DNA of 64,000 nt from the human T2T-CHM13v2.0 reference genome, Homo sapiens. This document shows, piece by piece, positions 15,685-36,730 of the stretch. Location: assembly GCF_009914755.1 (NCBI RefSeq), contig NC_060926.1. The stretch is one strand, 5' to 3'. Under the pieces are notes generated by a model. The model did no database searches, had not been told where the DNA came from, and saw only the letters and a list, made by a program, of their open reading frames with translations. The translations under genes and the position numbers were made by a program. Numbering within the stretch: position 1 is the stretch's first letter; each line of letters starts with the position of its first letter.

Positions 15685-16179
15685 TCAAAGCCAAGGTGCA
15701 CTGAGTCAAAGAGGATATCTGCTCAAGAAGACGGTTTCCTTTAACATGTCATTATTTAATAAAAACACAAGGAAGTCATTGTGCAAAAGAGCGGCAAAAA
15801 ATACACAATTCGTCCTATATCCCACTAAACCATTCAAGAGCCTTTCACATACACGTGCCATTTACTCTTTATGTTTGTCTTGGTAATTACACTGGGCATC
15901 TATTTTACAAATGAAAACAAAACTGAAGCACAAAAAGCAAGGTGATGTATCCGGATCACCTACTAGTTAAAAGTTAGATGGAACTAGAGAGCTTAGAGAC
16001 TCCTCATCTCCCACTCCCACGCCCCAGCCTTCACTCCACCATCAGCACACTTGTGCCGGCTATTTCCACGGTCTTGTGCTGCCACTCACTGATTCACATC
16101 AATCTGTTATAGTTTAGATGCATCTTTCCTTCAAGTCACAGCAACTATACAATAGCAATTTTTTCTCTTTTTTAAATTG

Positions 16180-16820
16180 TTTTTTATTTTTTATTTTTTA
16201 TTTTACTTTAAGTTCTGGGATACATGTGCAGAACGTGCAGGTTTGTTACATAGGTATACATGTGCCATGGTGGTTTGCTGCACCCATCAACCCATCATCT
16301 AGGTTTTAACCCTCACATGCATTAGATATTTGTCCTAATGCTCTCCCTCCCCTTGCCCCCACCCACTGACAGGCCCCGGTGTGTGATGTTCCCCTCCCTG
16401 TGTCCATGTGTTCTCATTGTTCAACTCTCACTTATGAGTGACAACATGCAGTGTTTGGTTTTCTGTTCTTGTGTTAGTTTGCTGAAAATGATGGTTTCCA
16501 GCTTCATCCATATCCCTGCAAAGGACATGAACTCATTCTTTTTTATGGCTGCATAGTAGTCCATGATGTATATGTCTATCATTAATGGGCATTTTTGTTA
16601 GTTCCAAGTCTTTGCTATTGTAAATAGTGCTGCAATAACATATGAGTGCATGTGTCTTTATAGTAGAATGATTTATATTCCTTTGGGTATATACCCAGTA
16701 ATGGGATTGCTGGGTCAAATGGTATTTCTGGTTCTAGATCCCTGAGGAATTGCCACACTATCTTCCACAATGGTTGAACTAATTTACACTCCCACCAACA
16801 GTGTAAAAGCATTCCTATTT
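16180..16820 (-). mobile_element. LINE-1 3' fragment (L1PA7/8-like), sense to LRP2
   Basis: ORF2 C-terminus in ORF 16615..16812 plus 3'UTR; small internal deletion near 16575. Confidence 0.85.
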
Positions 16821-16961
16821 TTAATGGGGGTCAATAACAGCTCTTTGATAAAATATCTATTTTCTTTATTTTCCCATTTAACTTGTGAAAATAAATTCAA
16901 CAGAATTTATAGAATAAAAAATGTTATGTGAAGAACAAGACTGAGAAATGTAAATCTAGTT

Positions 16962-17267
16962 AATTTTTGTTTTTTTTTTTTGAAAACAGGGTCTCACTTT
17001 GTCACCCAGGCTGGAGTGCAGTGGCACAATCACAGCTCACTACAGCCTTGACCTCCCTGGGTTCAGGCAATCCTCCCACCTCAGCCTCCCAAGTAGTTGG
17101 GACTATAGGCAAACACCCCCATGCCCAGCTAATTTTTGTATTTTTTTGTAGAAATGGGGTTTTGCCATGTTACCCAGGCTGGTCTTGAACTCCTGGGCTC
17201 AAGCGATCCACCAACCTCAGCCTCCCAAAGTGCTAGGATTACAGATGTGAGACAATGTGCCTGGCCA
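16962..17267 (-). mobile_element. AluJ
   Basis: Antisense dimeric Alu. Confidence 0.88.
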
Positions 17268-17273
17268 AGTTAA

Positions 17274-17647
<374 letters not shown>

Positions 17648-17881
17648 TAAATCACACGAGCTATAAAAATCCTTCCTGGATATGGCACAAGCTGACCATG
17701 AACTGGAATGAAAATATTCATTTTCCAGTTAGTCATATGGGATAGACTGCCTCTCACTGTTGCTGGTATTTCCTGGATTGATCTGACAATGTCTATGACA
17801 CAAAAATTAATTTCTTAGCTTTTCTGATACTCGTCTGATTTCTACCTATCCACGACTGTAGTTTTAATTTGGTTTTCCTCA

Positions 17882-18139
<258 letters not shown>

Positions 18140-19155
18140 TTACCAATTGGAGGGGACGTATTTAAATATTAAAAATAACTGTCATTTTAAATAATACAAC
18201 ATCCTGTTTATGCCCTGCTTAAAATAAATCATCTCTGGTTCAGAATATATTCACAGAGTTTATTGTTTCCTCTAAGTGTCACAAAGTAAAACTGTCATAA
18301 CACAATCACAACCCATCTGGGTATTTTTATAATGTTCATAAAACATGTAATACATAATGTCATAATGTAGTACATTATGACATTGAAATGTCTCAATGCC
18401 AATTCATGTTTGTTTATAATCCACAAATAGTTGATCTAGAAAAATCCATCTGTCCTTGTTTGTCTACCCTGTCATGTTTTTAGATAAGGAAATCAATTTA
18501 TTCTTCATCAGGAATTCATCATAAATTTCAGTGGTGTGTAATACTTTACAATATCTAGGAATTCAACATCACATTGAACATAACTTGCCTAATTTACCAT
18601 CCTGCAGAAAAGAATCTAAGTTATAAAATATAAGTAAATTCAGGGAAAGAAATCCTCAAAGATTTCCAAACACATGGGAGAATTTCTCTATCTTCCCTTC
18701 AGGATCAGCAGGCAAAAACTGCCTTCCTTATATGACTTAAAAGGGAGCTCTAATAAACAACATAAAACTGAAGCAGAAAAATCCAGCTTTTTTGTTGTAT
18801 AATCATGAGTTATCAAAGTTACATCAAACTGGCCCCTCTATGGACTATTACTGCATGCAGTAATTAGAAACTTAATTTTTAATTATATGACATTTCAAAA
18901 ATTGTATTGCCAAGCTAATAAATCAATGTGCTCTTAAAATAAAGTAAACAATCAATTGCTCTTATGTACTTTATGAAGAGGATGATTCAGATGAAGGAGA
19001 GATAGCAACACCCAGTTGGACACCTACCATGTTTAAACAAGGGATCATTTTAAATTTTGCATATCAGCAACATGCATATCAGCTACATCATGTTACTGTT
19101 GTTTTTCCCTCATCATAACCATGTCAAGGCAACATAATTTTAAAAAAAAGTCTTA

Positions 19156-19341
<186 letters not shown>

Positions 19342-20072
19342 CTAAAGACAAAAGTGAATAAAGAGTGAATTCTAGAGCAAATAAATGAATGCAAACATGG
19401 ATATTATATAAAAATCTAGATTAAACCATCTAACTTGTCCTATAATTACTTGTGGGGATTAGAAAATTTTGTCTCCTCATGTAGCTAACCACCAAATCAA
19501 CAGCAGGGTTTTCTGAGAAAAGTATACAAGATTTTGTCACACTGAACATTCTAAGATGACTTCATTGTTTGGTTAGTGCATAGTTTCGTTTTGGTTTCAA
19601 AAGTTTTTGCAATTAAGAAAAAGCTCTATCCATTTGCTTAGTTGGCAACATTACAAAATGTTATAGTGTTTGCATGCAACGAATAATATCTCTATTAATT
19701 AAGGACCAAGAACTACAAAATAAAGTTGTAAGAGGCAGAGGAAATGTAACTATCAGGAGCCAAGAAACTGAAATTCTGGGAGATGGATTGAGAAATATCA
19801 CTAAATTAAAGCTAAGAAAAGCAACCCCTTAACTTTCCTGCACTTTCCTCTGCTCTCATCCACAAGAAAAGACTGCAAAAGGAACCGTAAAGACATTGTG
19901 AGGTCTCTGCATCACCTGACCTGGAATTCAGAATCACACATCTGCATTCAGAGGCCACCCTCCTATCTAAAACAGCCATAAATTCGTAGTTATGAACACG
20001 CAAGTCTCTTGGGTATGATGTGGCCCAGAAGGTACCATGAGAGCTACCCAGATGAGGTAGGGCCTTCTCTCA

Positions 20073-20360
<288 letters not shown>

Positions 20361-20759
20361 TCAAGAAAAAAATGCAAAAATGTCAATGATACTGGGAGAA
20401 AACACAAAACAACTCTTTAAAACTTTTGATTCAATACTTTTGGTAACAGAAAGAAGGTGTAATTCCAAACTATAGTAAGTTGGTGGGGAGGGGAGGAAGC
20501 CCCATATGAATGATTTTAATCACTTCATTCTTAACCTTAATAGTTAGCTGGTTTTCATGAGTACTTAAAATAGACTCTTTCTTGGGTTATATTTAACTGT
20601 GTTTCTAAATACTAGTCTAGAGTAAACTATGCTTACATTCTTCCTTTTACTGTATTTATTTTTGTACTTTGGTTATCTTCCTTACTATTTAATAGGTTGT
20701 AGGCTTCTGGACAGCAGGAATCATGTCTTAAATATTTCTGTTTTCTGAGGCCCTCAGCT

Positions 20760-21205
20760 ATGGTAGAGAGTTCTAATTCTCCCAACACCCCCTCTCTTCT
20801 TTTTCTTTTTAGTAATAAAGCATGCCAAGTTTTAGCTTGGCACAGACTCTCCAGCCAGAGACATTTCTCTCCCTCCACTGAAGTTTGGAGTGACCACATG
20901 ACTAAGTTCTGACCAATAGGATGTGAGTAGAAATTACGAATCAAATCTCAGGTCACATTCTAAAAAGGAAGCTGCTTGCCCTCCACTTTCTCTTTCCCCT
21001 TCCTACTTTCTAAGAGAAGCTAAAACCTGGAGCATTGGAACCCTTGATGTAAGCCACATGATGAGGATAACAGAGCAGACCCCATGCCCTGGACTCTCTG
21101 ACATCCAGACTCCTACTACATGTAAAAGAAAGAAACTTTCTGTTTTTGTTTTAGCTTCCTCTATTTGGTCACTTTGAAAGTGGTCAAATCAATATCCTAA
21201 TACAT
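20760..21205. mobile_element. MLT1-family LTR remnant
   Basis: gtgaccacatgactaagttctgaccaataggatgtgagtagaa motif; ends cctaataca. Confidence 0.55.
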
Positions 21206-21572
21206 AGTAAAAAGCACTTTCTTATAGCAGAAATTGAATTAATACTGGTTGAATTCAATTAAGCATTATATAAAGATGCTTAAATATAGTATAGAACTCA
21301 TTTTAAATTATATAAAAGCCATTTGGTATTATTTTAAATACTTTAAAAATCATTGACTTGTATATGTTTTAACCTCTATTTTCCAAAATACACCAGGATT
21401 TTAATGTGTATTACCCCATTTAATCCTCACAAAAAATTGAGGTTTAAAGAGATTGCATAATCTTTCCAGGATTCAAGTCGATCTAACTCCTAATCAACAT
21501 TGTCAAATACCTACATGTGCCATTTGATTTTAAGCTCTGGGATGTGCTGATAAACTGGCTCAGGTTAGTTCA

Positions 21573-21887
<315 letters not shown>

Positions 21888-22999
21888 TCACTCTTATGCA
21901 ATATTTATTATGCAGTCTCATGCCACCTTCAATATGATGCCCAGACAAGAGCTAAGTGCAGCATGCACTTGGGTGAGTTCCACAGGCTGTTCAGGGTTTG
22001 CTCTAATTTGTCTGAGGATTTACCATCCTTCATATCCATTGGAGTATGATCACCTTCTTCACTACAACCCAATAGTATAACTCCATTTAATGCAATGAGA
22101 ACCCTTGGGAAAATATTGTTGACATCAAGGAAGAAAAGTGTCATTGATAGAGCATGCAAAGACCTTAAAATTGTTTCTCGTTTTCTTCCTCTGAAATTCT
22201 ACTATCTATACAGAAATGGAAGATAGACAAACATTTAAGAGAAAAGACCAGAAAATCTATGAAGTGAACAAATCAAAGGGGAAAGGTCATTGAAATATTA
22301 GAGTACACAGATCCGGTAACATATCGTCATGCCTTACTTTCAGGGCCAAAATGAAAATGCCTAAAGCCACCCTAAGACAGTTCACATGCCTGGAGATGCA
22401 AATGCCTTCTATTTCCATGTGTACTCTAACATATTTGTAAGAGTCATAACACAGAACATGCGTTAGAAAGGGAAGTAAGTTAATATAATCAGGACATTTT
22501 CAGAACAAACACAACACATATGAAATCATAAGAATCTGAAATACTTCACAATCATACCTGGCTGGGGTTCATCTGAGAGTGAGCATTGATTAAAGAGGAA
22601 AGAAAGAAATGACAGTAATTAGGATTACATGCCAATCACAGCACTTTAATCACAGCAACACAAATCCCTGGACTTCATTTTTTTGTGATAAGTTCTGATT
22701 GAAATTAGAAAATATTAAAGTTAGAAAAATTAATGAGCACATTACCAACAGAACCAAATTTAATTTGACAATCTAATGGCCTCAATTTAGTCTCATTTTT
22801 TGAAACAAAGACATAAAAAGAAGTAAAAACACATAACCAAGTACAAAGGATTTAATCAGAAAATTATCCAATGGTGATGTATTTGAATTCAATTATGGTT
22901 ACCCCCTACACAGATGTGAACTCATAGAGGAACTGAAATCCTTCCTACAAAGCTACACAGTGACTGTGACAATGGTGATGCACACCAGGCTACTGTTCA

Positions 23000-23752
<753 letters not shown>

Positions 23753-25005
23753 CTATCTTTCTATGAAAGAATCACCAGAACATTACAATAGAGCTTAAAT
23801 AGCTATGATTACTTTGAACTTCATGTGTTTCATATCATGTTTGGGTGTTATTATTTTCCCTCAGATGAACTATACCTAATGAAACCATCACACACTAACT
23901 AAAGATGATGGTAAATACTCAGTTCTTTGCAAACTTTCCACTATTCATCAAGCAATCCTGGAGAGATACGTAAGAACTGCTTCCCTATTTGACAAGGGTA
24001 AACCAAAACTCTCTACCAGGGATCTCACAAGGCAACAGCAAGCCAGCGGCAATTGACAGTTTAACCTCAGCTCATCACAGAATTTTATGTTTTTAATGTG
24101 AAACAGGAAAATTAGTGATTAGTAATTTCTAGATGTTGTGCAAACTATAAAGTATATAAGCATTTTATTTAACTTTTCTTTTTAATCCATGGCTTTACAC
24201 ACTACCTTTCTGACGCAGGAGGAGAATTCATGAAAACTTACTTTTTTTTGGTCTAAAACACCATTGTTCAAACAAATGATCAACTCACTGATGAGTTTTT
24301 GCAAGTCTAAAATCCATTTAAAACAAAAAGTGGGCAAATAACAAATCATGTGAGTATAGGTTTCCAGTCTGTGAAGATTATAGATCCATCAGAATTATAC
24401 TGTATGAAGTCCTACTTGAATCCTCCAACTAGAAGAAATTTCTTTTCTCTGAACCTCCATAGAATTTTATCTGTGCCATTTCTAAGACCCTTGTAACTGT
24501 CTATCTTGCTTAATTGTCTCTTGCCTTCTATAATCTCCATAGATAACATCTTAGCAGATATTCAACACATAATAGCACAAAGAATGAATTCATCAGAGTC
24601 AATACTAAACACAGCTCCATACCATTTCTACACCATGATATGACTTCTCTACTGAAACTTAAAAGAAACCAGTAAAATATCTTTATATGGAGTAGAGCCT
24701 CAAAAGTTTAAACCTACTAAAGTGGGAAGTCCTAAGAAAAACTAAAAGTGAAAACAAAAATATCTAAGAAATATTTAGCCCATCTAAGAGACTATTTGAA
24801 GTGTCCATTTATACAACCACTTGATTTGTTAATTATACATTATATGGCAATGTCTACTCAATTTTACTGTATGTTCAATACCACATTCCTTTGAGGATAC
24901 TTTCCCCCAGTTTGTCTGAGTTAGGGAAAATGTGTGGCAATATCAATATCAATACTGGCAAAAATGAAATGACCCCTTTGTCTGAAACATGCTGGGTATG
25001 TGTTA

Positions 25006-25149
<144 letters not shown>

Positions 25150-25196
25150 TTAGAAATTAGCTCAGGGCTAAAATGACTAAACACTGAGATTTTTCT

Positions 25197-25400
25197 TTTT
25201 TGTTGTTATACTTTAAGTTCTGGAGTACATATGCAGAACATGCAGGTTTGTTACATAGGTATACACGTGCCATGGTGGTTTGCTGCACCCATCAACCCAT
25301 CATCTACATTAGGTATTTCTCCTAATGCCATCCCTTCTCTAGCTCCCCACCCCCCAACAGGCCCCGGTGTGTGATGTTCCCCTCCCTGTGTCCATGTGTT
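25197..25400 (-). mobile_element. LINE-1 3'UTR fragment (L1PA) with 17-bp TSD
   Basis: TSD AACACTGAGATTTTTCT at 25180-25196 and 25401-25417. Confidence 0.9.
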
Positions 25401-25401
25401 A

Positions 25402-25608
<207 letters not shown>

Positions 25609-26736
25609 TTATTTCCTGTGCAACAAGTACCAGAGCCAAACTAAAAATGGCTAAATAGCTACAGAAGTTATCTCAATTGTACATGGGTTCAAAATTCTTT
25701 TGAATCAGCCACACTATCAAAGTCAGCTAAGCAAAAGAACTCAAAACTAGGATAGGTTTTAGAATTGAGAATAAAAAGATTACAGGGCAGAGTCAGAAAC
25801 TGTGATTACACCTTGGAAAATAGACCACATTCAGAAAGTGAGCATCATGTGCTTGGACTTGGACTACATTTCATGAATACTATGAAGTCCATGACTCTAG
25901 AACGCCAAGCAATGGAGCCCAATCAGGCAACAAAACCAGCATGACCCACATGCCTAGTAGCAACAGTGTGTAGACAGACCCCCAAAACTGGATTTAAAAG
26001 TCTGAACAGAACAATTCTAAAAACCAGGGTCCTACCTTACTGTTAAGACCATAGCCTTGGAGTCGGATGCAGTGGCTGGCCCCACCCACAACATGAAATT
26101 ATATTAAATACACACTTATAGGGTATGAAAGCTAGAAGGGATCTTAAAGCTCATCTATTCCAAATGATAGTGACTTGCCTAGTCAGGCAACCAGGACTAG
26201 AACTTAGCCCAGGGAACTTTGCTCCATCTTAAACTATTATTGAAGACATGAAATAAAACAACAAGCTAAAGGAAAGCAGAACTGGCAAGATGGAAAACAG
26301 GTGGATAAGATCAAAGGAAATTTAAATTTTCTGTGCCTCTTTATTTTGATGTCTTTTTGCTTGTACCAAATGAAAAATAAACATCAATAGCCAAAGGTCT
26401 GGATATATCTATATGACTTTTAGTATTGTTTTAAATATATAAATAGATAGCTGAGGGATTTTCACTTTTTCAATTCCTATCTGAATTGAAATGTTTGGCA
26501 TCAGAGGCAGTCCTTGCTTTGCTTCCATAGAACTCAATATTTGTAGGTGGACTCTAAGAATCCCATGTGCAGGCACGTGCCTTTGTTCTTGTAACCTATT
26601 GACACAGAGATTGACAAGTGGAATAGAAGTACTAAAGAGACAATGAAAATTGCATGAGCCTTAGAGGAAAGAATGCAAGGCCATTTGGTTGTTGAAGTCT
26701 ATTTACGAGGCTGACCAACCAAGGGAAACCAGCTCA

Positions 26737-27108
<372 letters not shown>

Positions 27109-27899
27109 TCATCAAGTGATGTCATCATCACTAACATCATTATTGGCTGGCATTTATTTGGTATTTATCATAGAAAAGGCATTTTTCTAAGTTATGCACC
27201 CACACACATCATATAAGTTCTCTTTAAATCCTCACAAGAATACTATAAAGTACATATAATTGTCTGCATTTTACAGATAAGGAAATTGAGTCTTTGAGAG
27301 ATTTAGGAACCTGCCTATGATTCACGCTCTGGTTGGATTCACTCTAAAGCTCATCCTTAACTTTCAAGCTGTTACTTCCTCCAACCACAATTTCAAATTC
27401 AGACTATAGAAAGCTTGAAAATATGTCATATGAAAAGTGCAAATAGATAAAATATTAAGGTAAAATGCTGTGCTCTTAGAAACAAGAAGATAATACACAA
27501 AAAGATGAAAATTTAAAAAATTTCAGAAAAATGTACAAGTGAGCACTTTACTCTTGCAAATCTGTCACTCCTCTTTCTCTCCAAAAGAAAGGTTATTATT
27601 AGTATTAACTTCACCTTGATAGAGATTTCTGAGATTTCAACTGTCCTCTATCTTTTTTTTAATTTGAATGTAATACTTTTGCCTTCTGCAATAGTGTTTA
27701 TTAGGCCCCAAACTATATAGACTAGATTACCGTCAAAAGAAGAATATAAAGGTTAAGACCACCATTTCATTGTTAATTTATTTTACTCTAACATGGGAGA
27801 AAAGGAATATAACACATGAGATTTTCCAAAGGCTATGATTGCAAGTAGTTATTCTGTGATACTATTCTCTCGGTTGCTAAATGTTAGGTCTACTTTATT

Positions 27900-28447
27900 T
27901 TTGGTTTTTGTTGTTGTTGTTGTTTGTTTGCTTATTTTTTTGAGGCAGGGCTTCACTCTGTTGCACAGGCTGAAGTACACGGCACAGTCTTGGCTAACTG
28001 CAGCCTCAACCTCCCCAGCTCAAACAACTCTCCCACCTCAGCCTCCCAAGTACAAATTTTTGTATTTTACAAATTTTGTGAAAATACAAAATACAAATTA
28101 GCTGGGTGTGGTGGCATGTGCCTGTAGTCCTAGCTACTTGTAATTTTGTTTTTTTTGTATTTTGTAATTTTGTATTTTGTAATAGTCCCAGCTATTTGTA
28201 ATTTTATATACATATTTTTTTCTGAGCTCATCTATTTCTTTTTTATTTATTTATTATTATTATACTTTAAGTTTTAGGGTACATGTGCACAATGTGCAGG
28301 TTAGTTACATATGTATACATGTGCCATTTTATATTTTTTGTAGAGACCGGATTTCGTCATGTTTCCCAGGCTGGTCTCAAACTTCTGGACTTAAGCAATC
28401 CTCCTGTCTCGGCCTCCGATTACAGGCATGAGCCACCTTGCCTGGTC
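27900..28447 (-). mobile_element. AluJ with internal inversion and insertions
   Basis: Antisense Alu arms at about 27935-28052 and 28330-28447; sense-oriented middle segment at 28081-28140. Confidence 0.8.
28238..28327 (-). mobile_element. Short young-L1PA 3' end embedded in a rearranged Alu
   Basis: ttatactttaagttttagggtacatgtgcacaatgtgcagg matches the L1PA 3' terminus. Confidence 0.82.
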
Positions 28448-28751
28448 AGATCTAGTTTATTTCGATTTGACTTTTTGAGGAGTTTGCCAAGACATAATGA
28501 CTGCATTGGTCCAAACAGCCAATGTCAAGGAAAAAAATTGTTGAAGATAGTCTAAATCAAGGCCAGAAACCATCCATAACATTATGAATGAAATTTCTTG
28601 CTTAGCTTCCTAAAAGCCTTCAAAGTGCATGTTAAGAATCTGAAATTCTAAAAGATATTTTTCCCATATAAATAGCCCAAGCTTTTATTTATTTTCTTTA
28701 AAGCCCACCTCTACTCTATTCATCCCAGGAAATATCGCCAGTGCATAGCTA

Positions 28752-29063
<312 letters not shown>

Positions 29064-29424
29064 TCAGTCATGTACATTTTCACTAGGTAGGTCACGGGTT
29101 TGATTTGTGAAGGAAAACAAACAGGACAAAACATTTTTCAGACCCAATACTAAAAAGTAGCTTCCTCTTGGAAATCAACCCGCCAAATACAACATTCCAT
29201 TTAGGTATGGAAAAGTCCCAAAATGTGTTTTTCCTGACAACATGTTTAAGGCTAGCAGCATTGAACAGAGATTTCAAGTCTTACACTCTTAGATTATGTG
29301 AACGACAAGAATATAAAACTACCAGGAGCTAGACCTTTAAGTAATAAGTACTTAAAGAGAACAGGAGCCACTGTAACAAATAAATAAACCCATACAAAAA
29401 AATAAAAAAAACTGGGCAATCTCA

Positions 29425-29601
<177 letters not shown>

Positions 29602-30674
29602 TCACAGCTAACTTATAAATAAATCACTTGAGAAAATGCAATAGGCTTGAAATGCTTCTTGCAAGTACGATCATCTCCCCCATAAATATCTGTAATATGT
29701 TTCTCTAACCATTTTCCACGACTTGTTACTCCCTAGTAATGCTCTGTGGAAGTCTGTATGTTAATAATATCAGGGTTCAGGTTCAGGCAAGCACATATGG
29801 AGTTTTATGATGGCATTTAGTAGCAATTGGATTTAGATCTGCATAGGTAATAGTGAAAATAAGAATTGGGGAATTCTTCTACAGAGCATTAAATGAGGCC
29901 TCATAGGTCTGCACCCGCTAAAGCACTCACCTGCTGAGTGCTCTTAGGCAAATACTACGCTGTGTGAAGGAGACAGTCTGAATCATTCCTGAGATCCTTC
30001 CCAGGTCAAACAGTTCATATTCTATGTTTTAATGACAGCGCTTAAATTGTAATTTTTTTCCCTTGACTTAAATAAGAAGCTGTTGAGAAGGAAAAGTACA
30101 GGTCTAGCCCAAAAAAGGAACTTTCAGTGTATGTTTGAGGATCAATAAAAATCTCAACACAAGTGTGGATTCACCTACAACCACACTACTAATGTTCCAT
30201 GATGCTCACAATGGTAAGAGAGAGGCGACATAAGATTCTAAACAACAAAAATTTAATCATGTTCACTTTACACTAACTATTGCAGCAGGAAAATAAACAT
30301 ATATTTTTAAAAGAAAGAATTGCATCAATGTGGATTTTCTCTTTAATGATAGTTTAACTAGAAAACCCTAATTAATCAGAAAATGTTTAAGATGTCATAA
30401 ATTTTATTTGACCAATTTCCTTATCTGTGGTCTAATCAATGACCAATCAGTCATTGGACTCCCTAAATCTTTCTAGAGCCTGGCAATCCCAGTCCCACTA
30501 CTAACAAAGGCATCCTCATATACTTAAATAAGTAAGGAGTTCAATAAATCTTTTAGTTCTGTGTGGTGCACAATCAAGAAGATCTAGCCCTTTAGTAAAA
30601 AGGTACACAATTTCTATGGTGTTGCACAACAAAAGAACTTTCCAAAAGAAATTCACAAAAAACAGCAATGTTGA

Positions 30675-31582
30675 GGGGAGGAGCCAAGATGGCCGAATAG
30701 GAACAGCTCCGGTCTACAGCTCCCAGCGTGAGCGACGCAGAAGACGGTGATTTCTGCATTTCCATCTGAGGTACCAGGTTCATCTCACTAGGGAGTGCCA
30801 GACAGTGGGCGCAGGCCAGTGTGTGTGCGCACCATGCGCGAGCCGAAGCAGGGCGAGGCATTGCCTCACCTGGGAAGCGCAAGGGGTCAGGGAGTTCCCT
30901 TTCCGAGTCAAAGAAAGGGGTGACGGTCGCACCTGGAAAATCGGGTCACTCCCACCCGAATATTGCGCTTTTCAGACTGGCTTAAGAAACGGCGCACCAC
31001 GAGACTATATCCCACACCTGGCTCGGAGGGTCCTACGCCCACGGAGTCTCGCTGATTGCTAGCACAGCAGTCTGAGATCAAACTGCAAGGCGGCAACGAG
31101 GCTGGGGGAGGGGCGCCCGCCATTGCCCAGGCTTGCTTAGGTAAACAAAGCAGCCGGGAAGCTCGAACTGGGTGGAGCCCACCACAGCTCAAGGAGGCCT
31201 GCCTGCCTCTGTAGGCTCCACCTCTGGGGGCAGGGCACAGACAAACAAAAAGACAGCAGTAACCTCTGCAGACTTAAGTGTCCCTGTCTGACAGCTTTGA
31301 AGAGAGCAGTGGTTCTCCCAGCACGCAGCTGGAGATCTGAGAACGGGCAGACAGACTGCCTCCTCAAGTGGGTCCCTGACTCCTGACCCCCGAGCAGCCT
31401 AACTGGGAGGCACCCCCCAGCAGGGGCACACTGACACCTCACACGGCAGGGTATTCCAACAGACCTGCAGCTGAGGGTCCTGTCTGTTAGAAGGAAAACT
31501 AACAACCAGAAAGGACATCTACACCGAAAACCCATCTGTACATCACCATCATCAAAGACCAAAAGTAGATAAAACCACAAAG
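30675..31582 (+). promoter_or_regulatory. L1 5'UTR: CpG-rich internal sense promoter with YY1 site (CAAGATGGCCG, 30685-30695) and antisense promoter
   Basis: Sequence matches the L1HS 5'UTR; sense and antisense promoter activity of this UTR is established knowledge. Confidence 0.88.
30908..31123 (-). CDS. L1 ORF0 (71 aa, antisense ORF of the primate L1 5'UTR)
   Basis: MAGAPPPASLPPCSLISDCCASNQRDSVGVGPSEPG...HPFL* inside ORF 30908..31192; internal splice donors after 31018 and 30933. Confidence 0.85.
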   Translation of the reverse strand: MAGAPPPASLPPCSLISDCCASNQRDSVGVGPSEPGVGYSLVVRRFLSQSEKRNIRVGVTRFSRCDRHPFL

Positions 31583-32599
31583 ATGGGGAAAAAACAGAAC
31601 AGAAAAACTGGAAACTCTAAAACGCAGAGCGCCTCTCCTCCTCCAAAGGAACGCAGTTCCTCACCAGCAACAGAACAAAGCTGGATGGAGAATGATTTTG
31701 ACGAGCTGAGAGAAGAAGGCTTCAGACGATCAAATTACTCTGAGCTACGGGAGGACATTCAAACCAAAGGCAAAGAAGTTGAAAACTTTGAAAAAAATTT
31801 AGAAGCATGTATAACTAGAATAACCAATACAGAGAAGTGCTTAAAGGAGCTGATGGAGCTGAAAACCAAGGCTCGAGAACTACGTGAAGAATGCAGAAGC
31901 CTCAGGAGCCGATGCGATCAACTGGAAGTAAGGGTATCAGCAATGGAAGATGAAATGAATGAAATGAAGCGAGAAGGGAAGTTTAGAGAAAAAAGAATAA
32001 AAAGAAATGAGCAAAGCCTCCAAGAAATATGGGACTATGTGAAAAGACCAAATCTACGTCTGATTGGTGTACCTGAAAGTGATGTGGAGAATGGAACCAA
32101 GTTGAAAAACACTCTGCAGGATATTATCCAGGAGAACTTCCCCAATCTAGCAAGGCAGGCCAACGTTCAGATTCAGGAAATACAGAGAACGCCACAAAGA
32201 TACTCCTCGAGAAGAGCAACTCCAAGACACATAATTGTCAGATTCACCAAAGTTGAAATGAAGGAAAAAATGTTAAGGGCAGCCAGAGAGAAAGGTCGGG
32301 TTACCCTCAAAGGAAAGCCCATCAGACTAACAGCGGATCTCTCGGCAGAAACCCTACAAGCCAGAAGAGAGTGGGGGCCAATATTCAACATTCTTAAAGA
32401 AAAGAATTTTCAACCCAGAATTTCATATCCAGCCAAACTAAGCTTCATAAGTGAAGGAGAAATAAAATACTTTATAGACAAGCAAATGTTGAGAGATTTT
32501 GTCACCACCAGGCCTGCCCTAAAAGAGCTCCTGAAGGAAGCGCTAAACATGGAAAGGAACAACCGGTACCAGCTGCTGCAAAATCATGCCAAAATGTAA
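31583..32599 (+). CDS. L1 ORF1p, 338 aa RNA-binding/chaperone protein
   Basis: Full-length ORF with REKG, ARR and YPAKLS motifs. Confidence 0.97.
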   Translation: MGKKQNRKTGNSKTQSASPPPKERSSSPATEQSWMENDFDELREEGFRRSNYSELREDIQTKGKEVENFEKNLEACITRITNTEKCLKELMELKTKARELREECRSLRSRCDQLEVRVSAMEDEMNEMKREGKFREKRIKRNEQSLQEIWDYVKRPNLRLIGVPESDVENGTKLKNTLQDIIQENFPNLARQANVQIQEIQRTPQRYSSRRATPRHIIVRFTKVEMKEKMLRAAREKGRVTLKGKPIRLTADLSAETLQARREWGPIFNILKEKNFQPRISYPAKLSFISEGEIKYFIDKQMLRDFVTTRPALKELLKEALNMERNNRYQLLQNHAKM

Positions 32600-32638
32600 A
32601 GACCGTCGAGACTAGGAAGAAACTGCATCAACTAATGA

Positions 32639-36490
<3,852 letters not shown>

Positions 36491-36693
36491 ACAATGAGAT
36501 CACATGGACACAGGAAGGGGAATATCACACTCTGGGGACTGTGGTGGGGTCGGGGGAGGGGGGAGGGATAGCATTGGGAGATATACCTAATGCTAGATGA
36601 CACATTAGTGGGTGCAGCGCACCAGCATGGCACATGTATACATATGTAACTAACCTGCACAATGTGCACATGTACCCTAAAACTTAGAGTATA

Positions 36694-36730
<37 letters not shown>

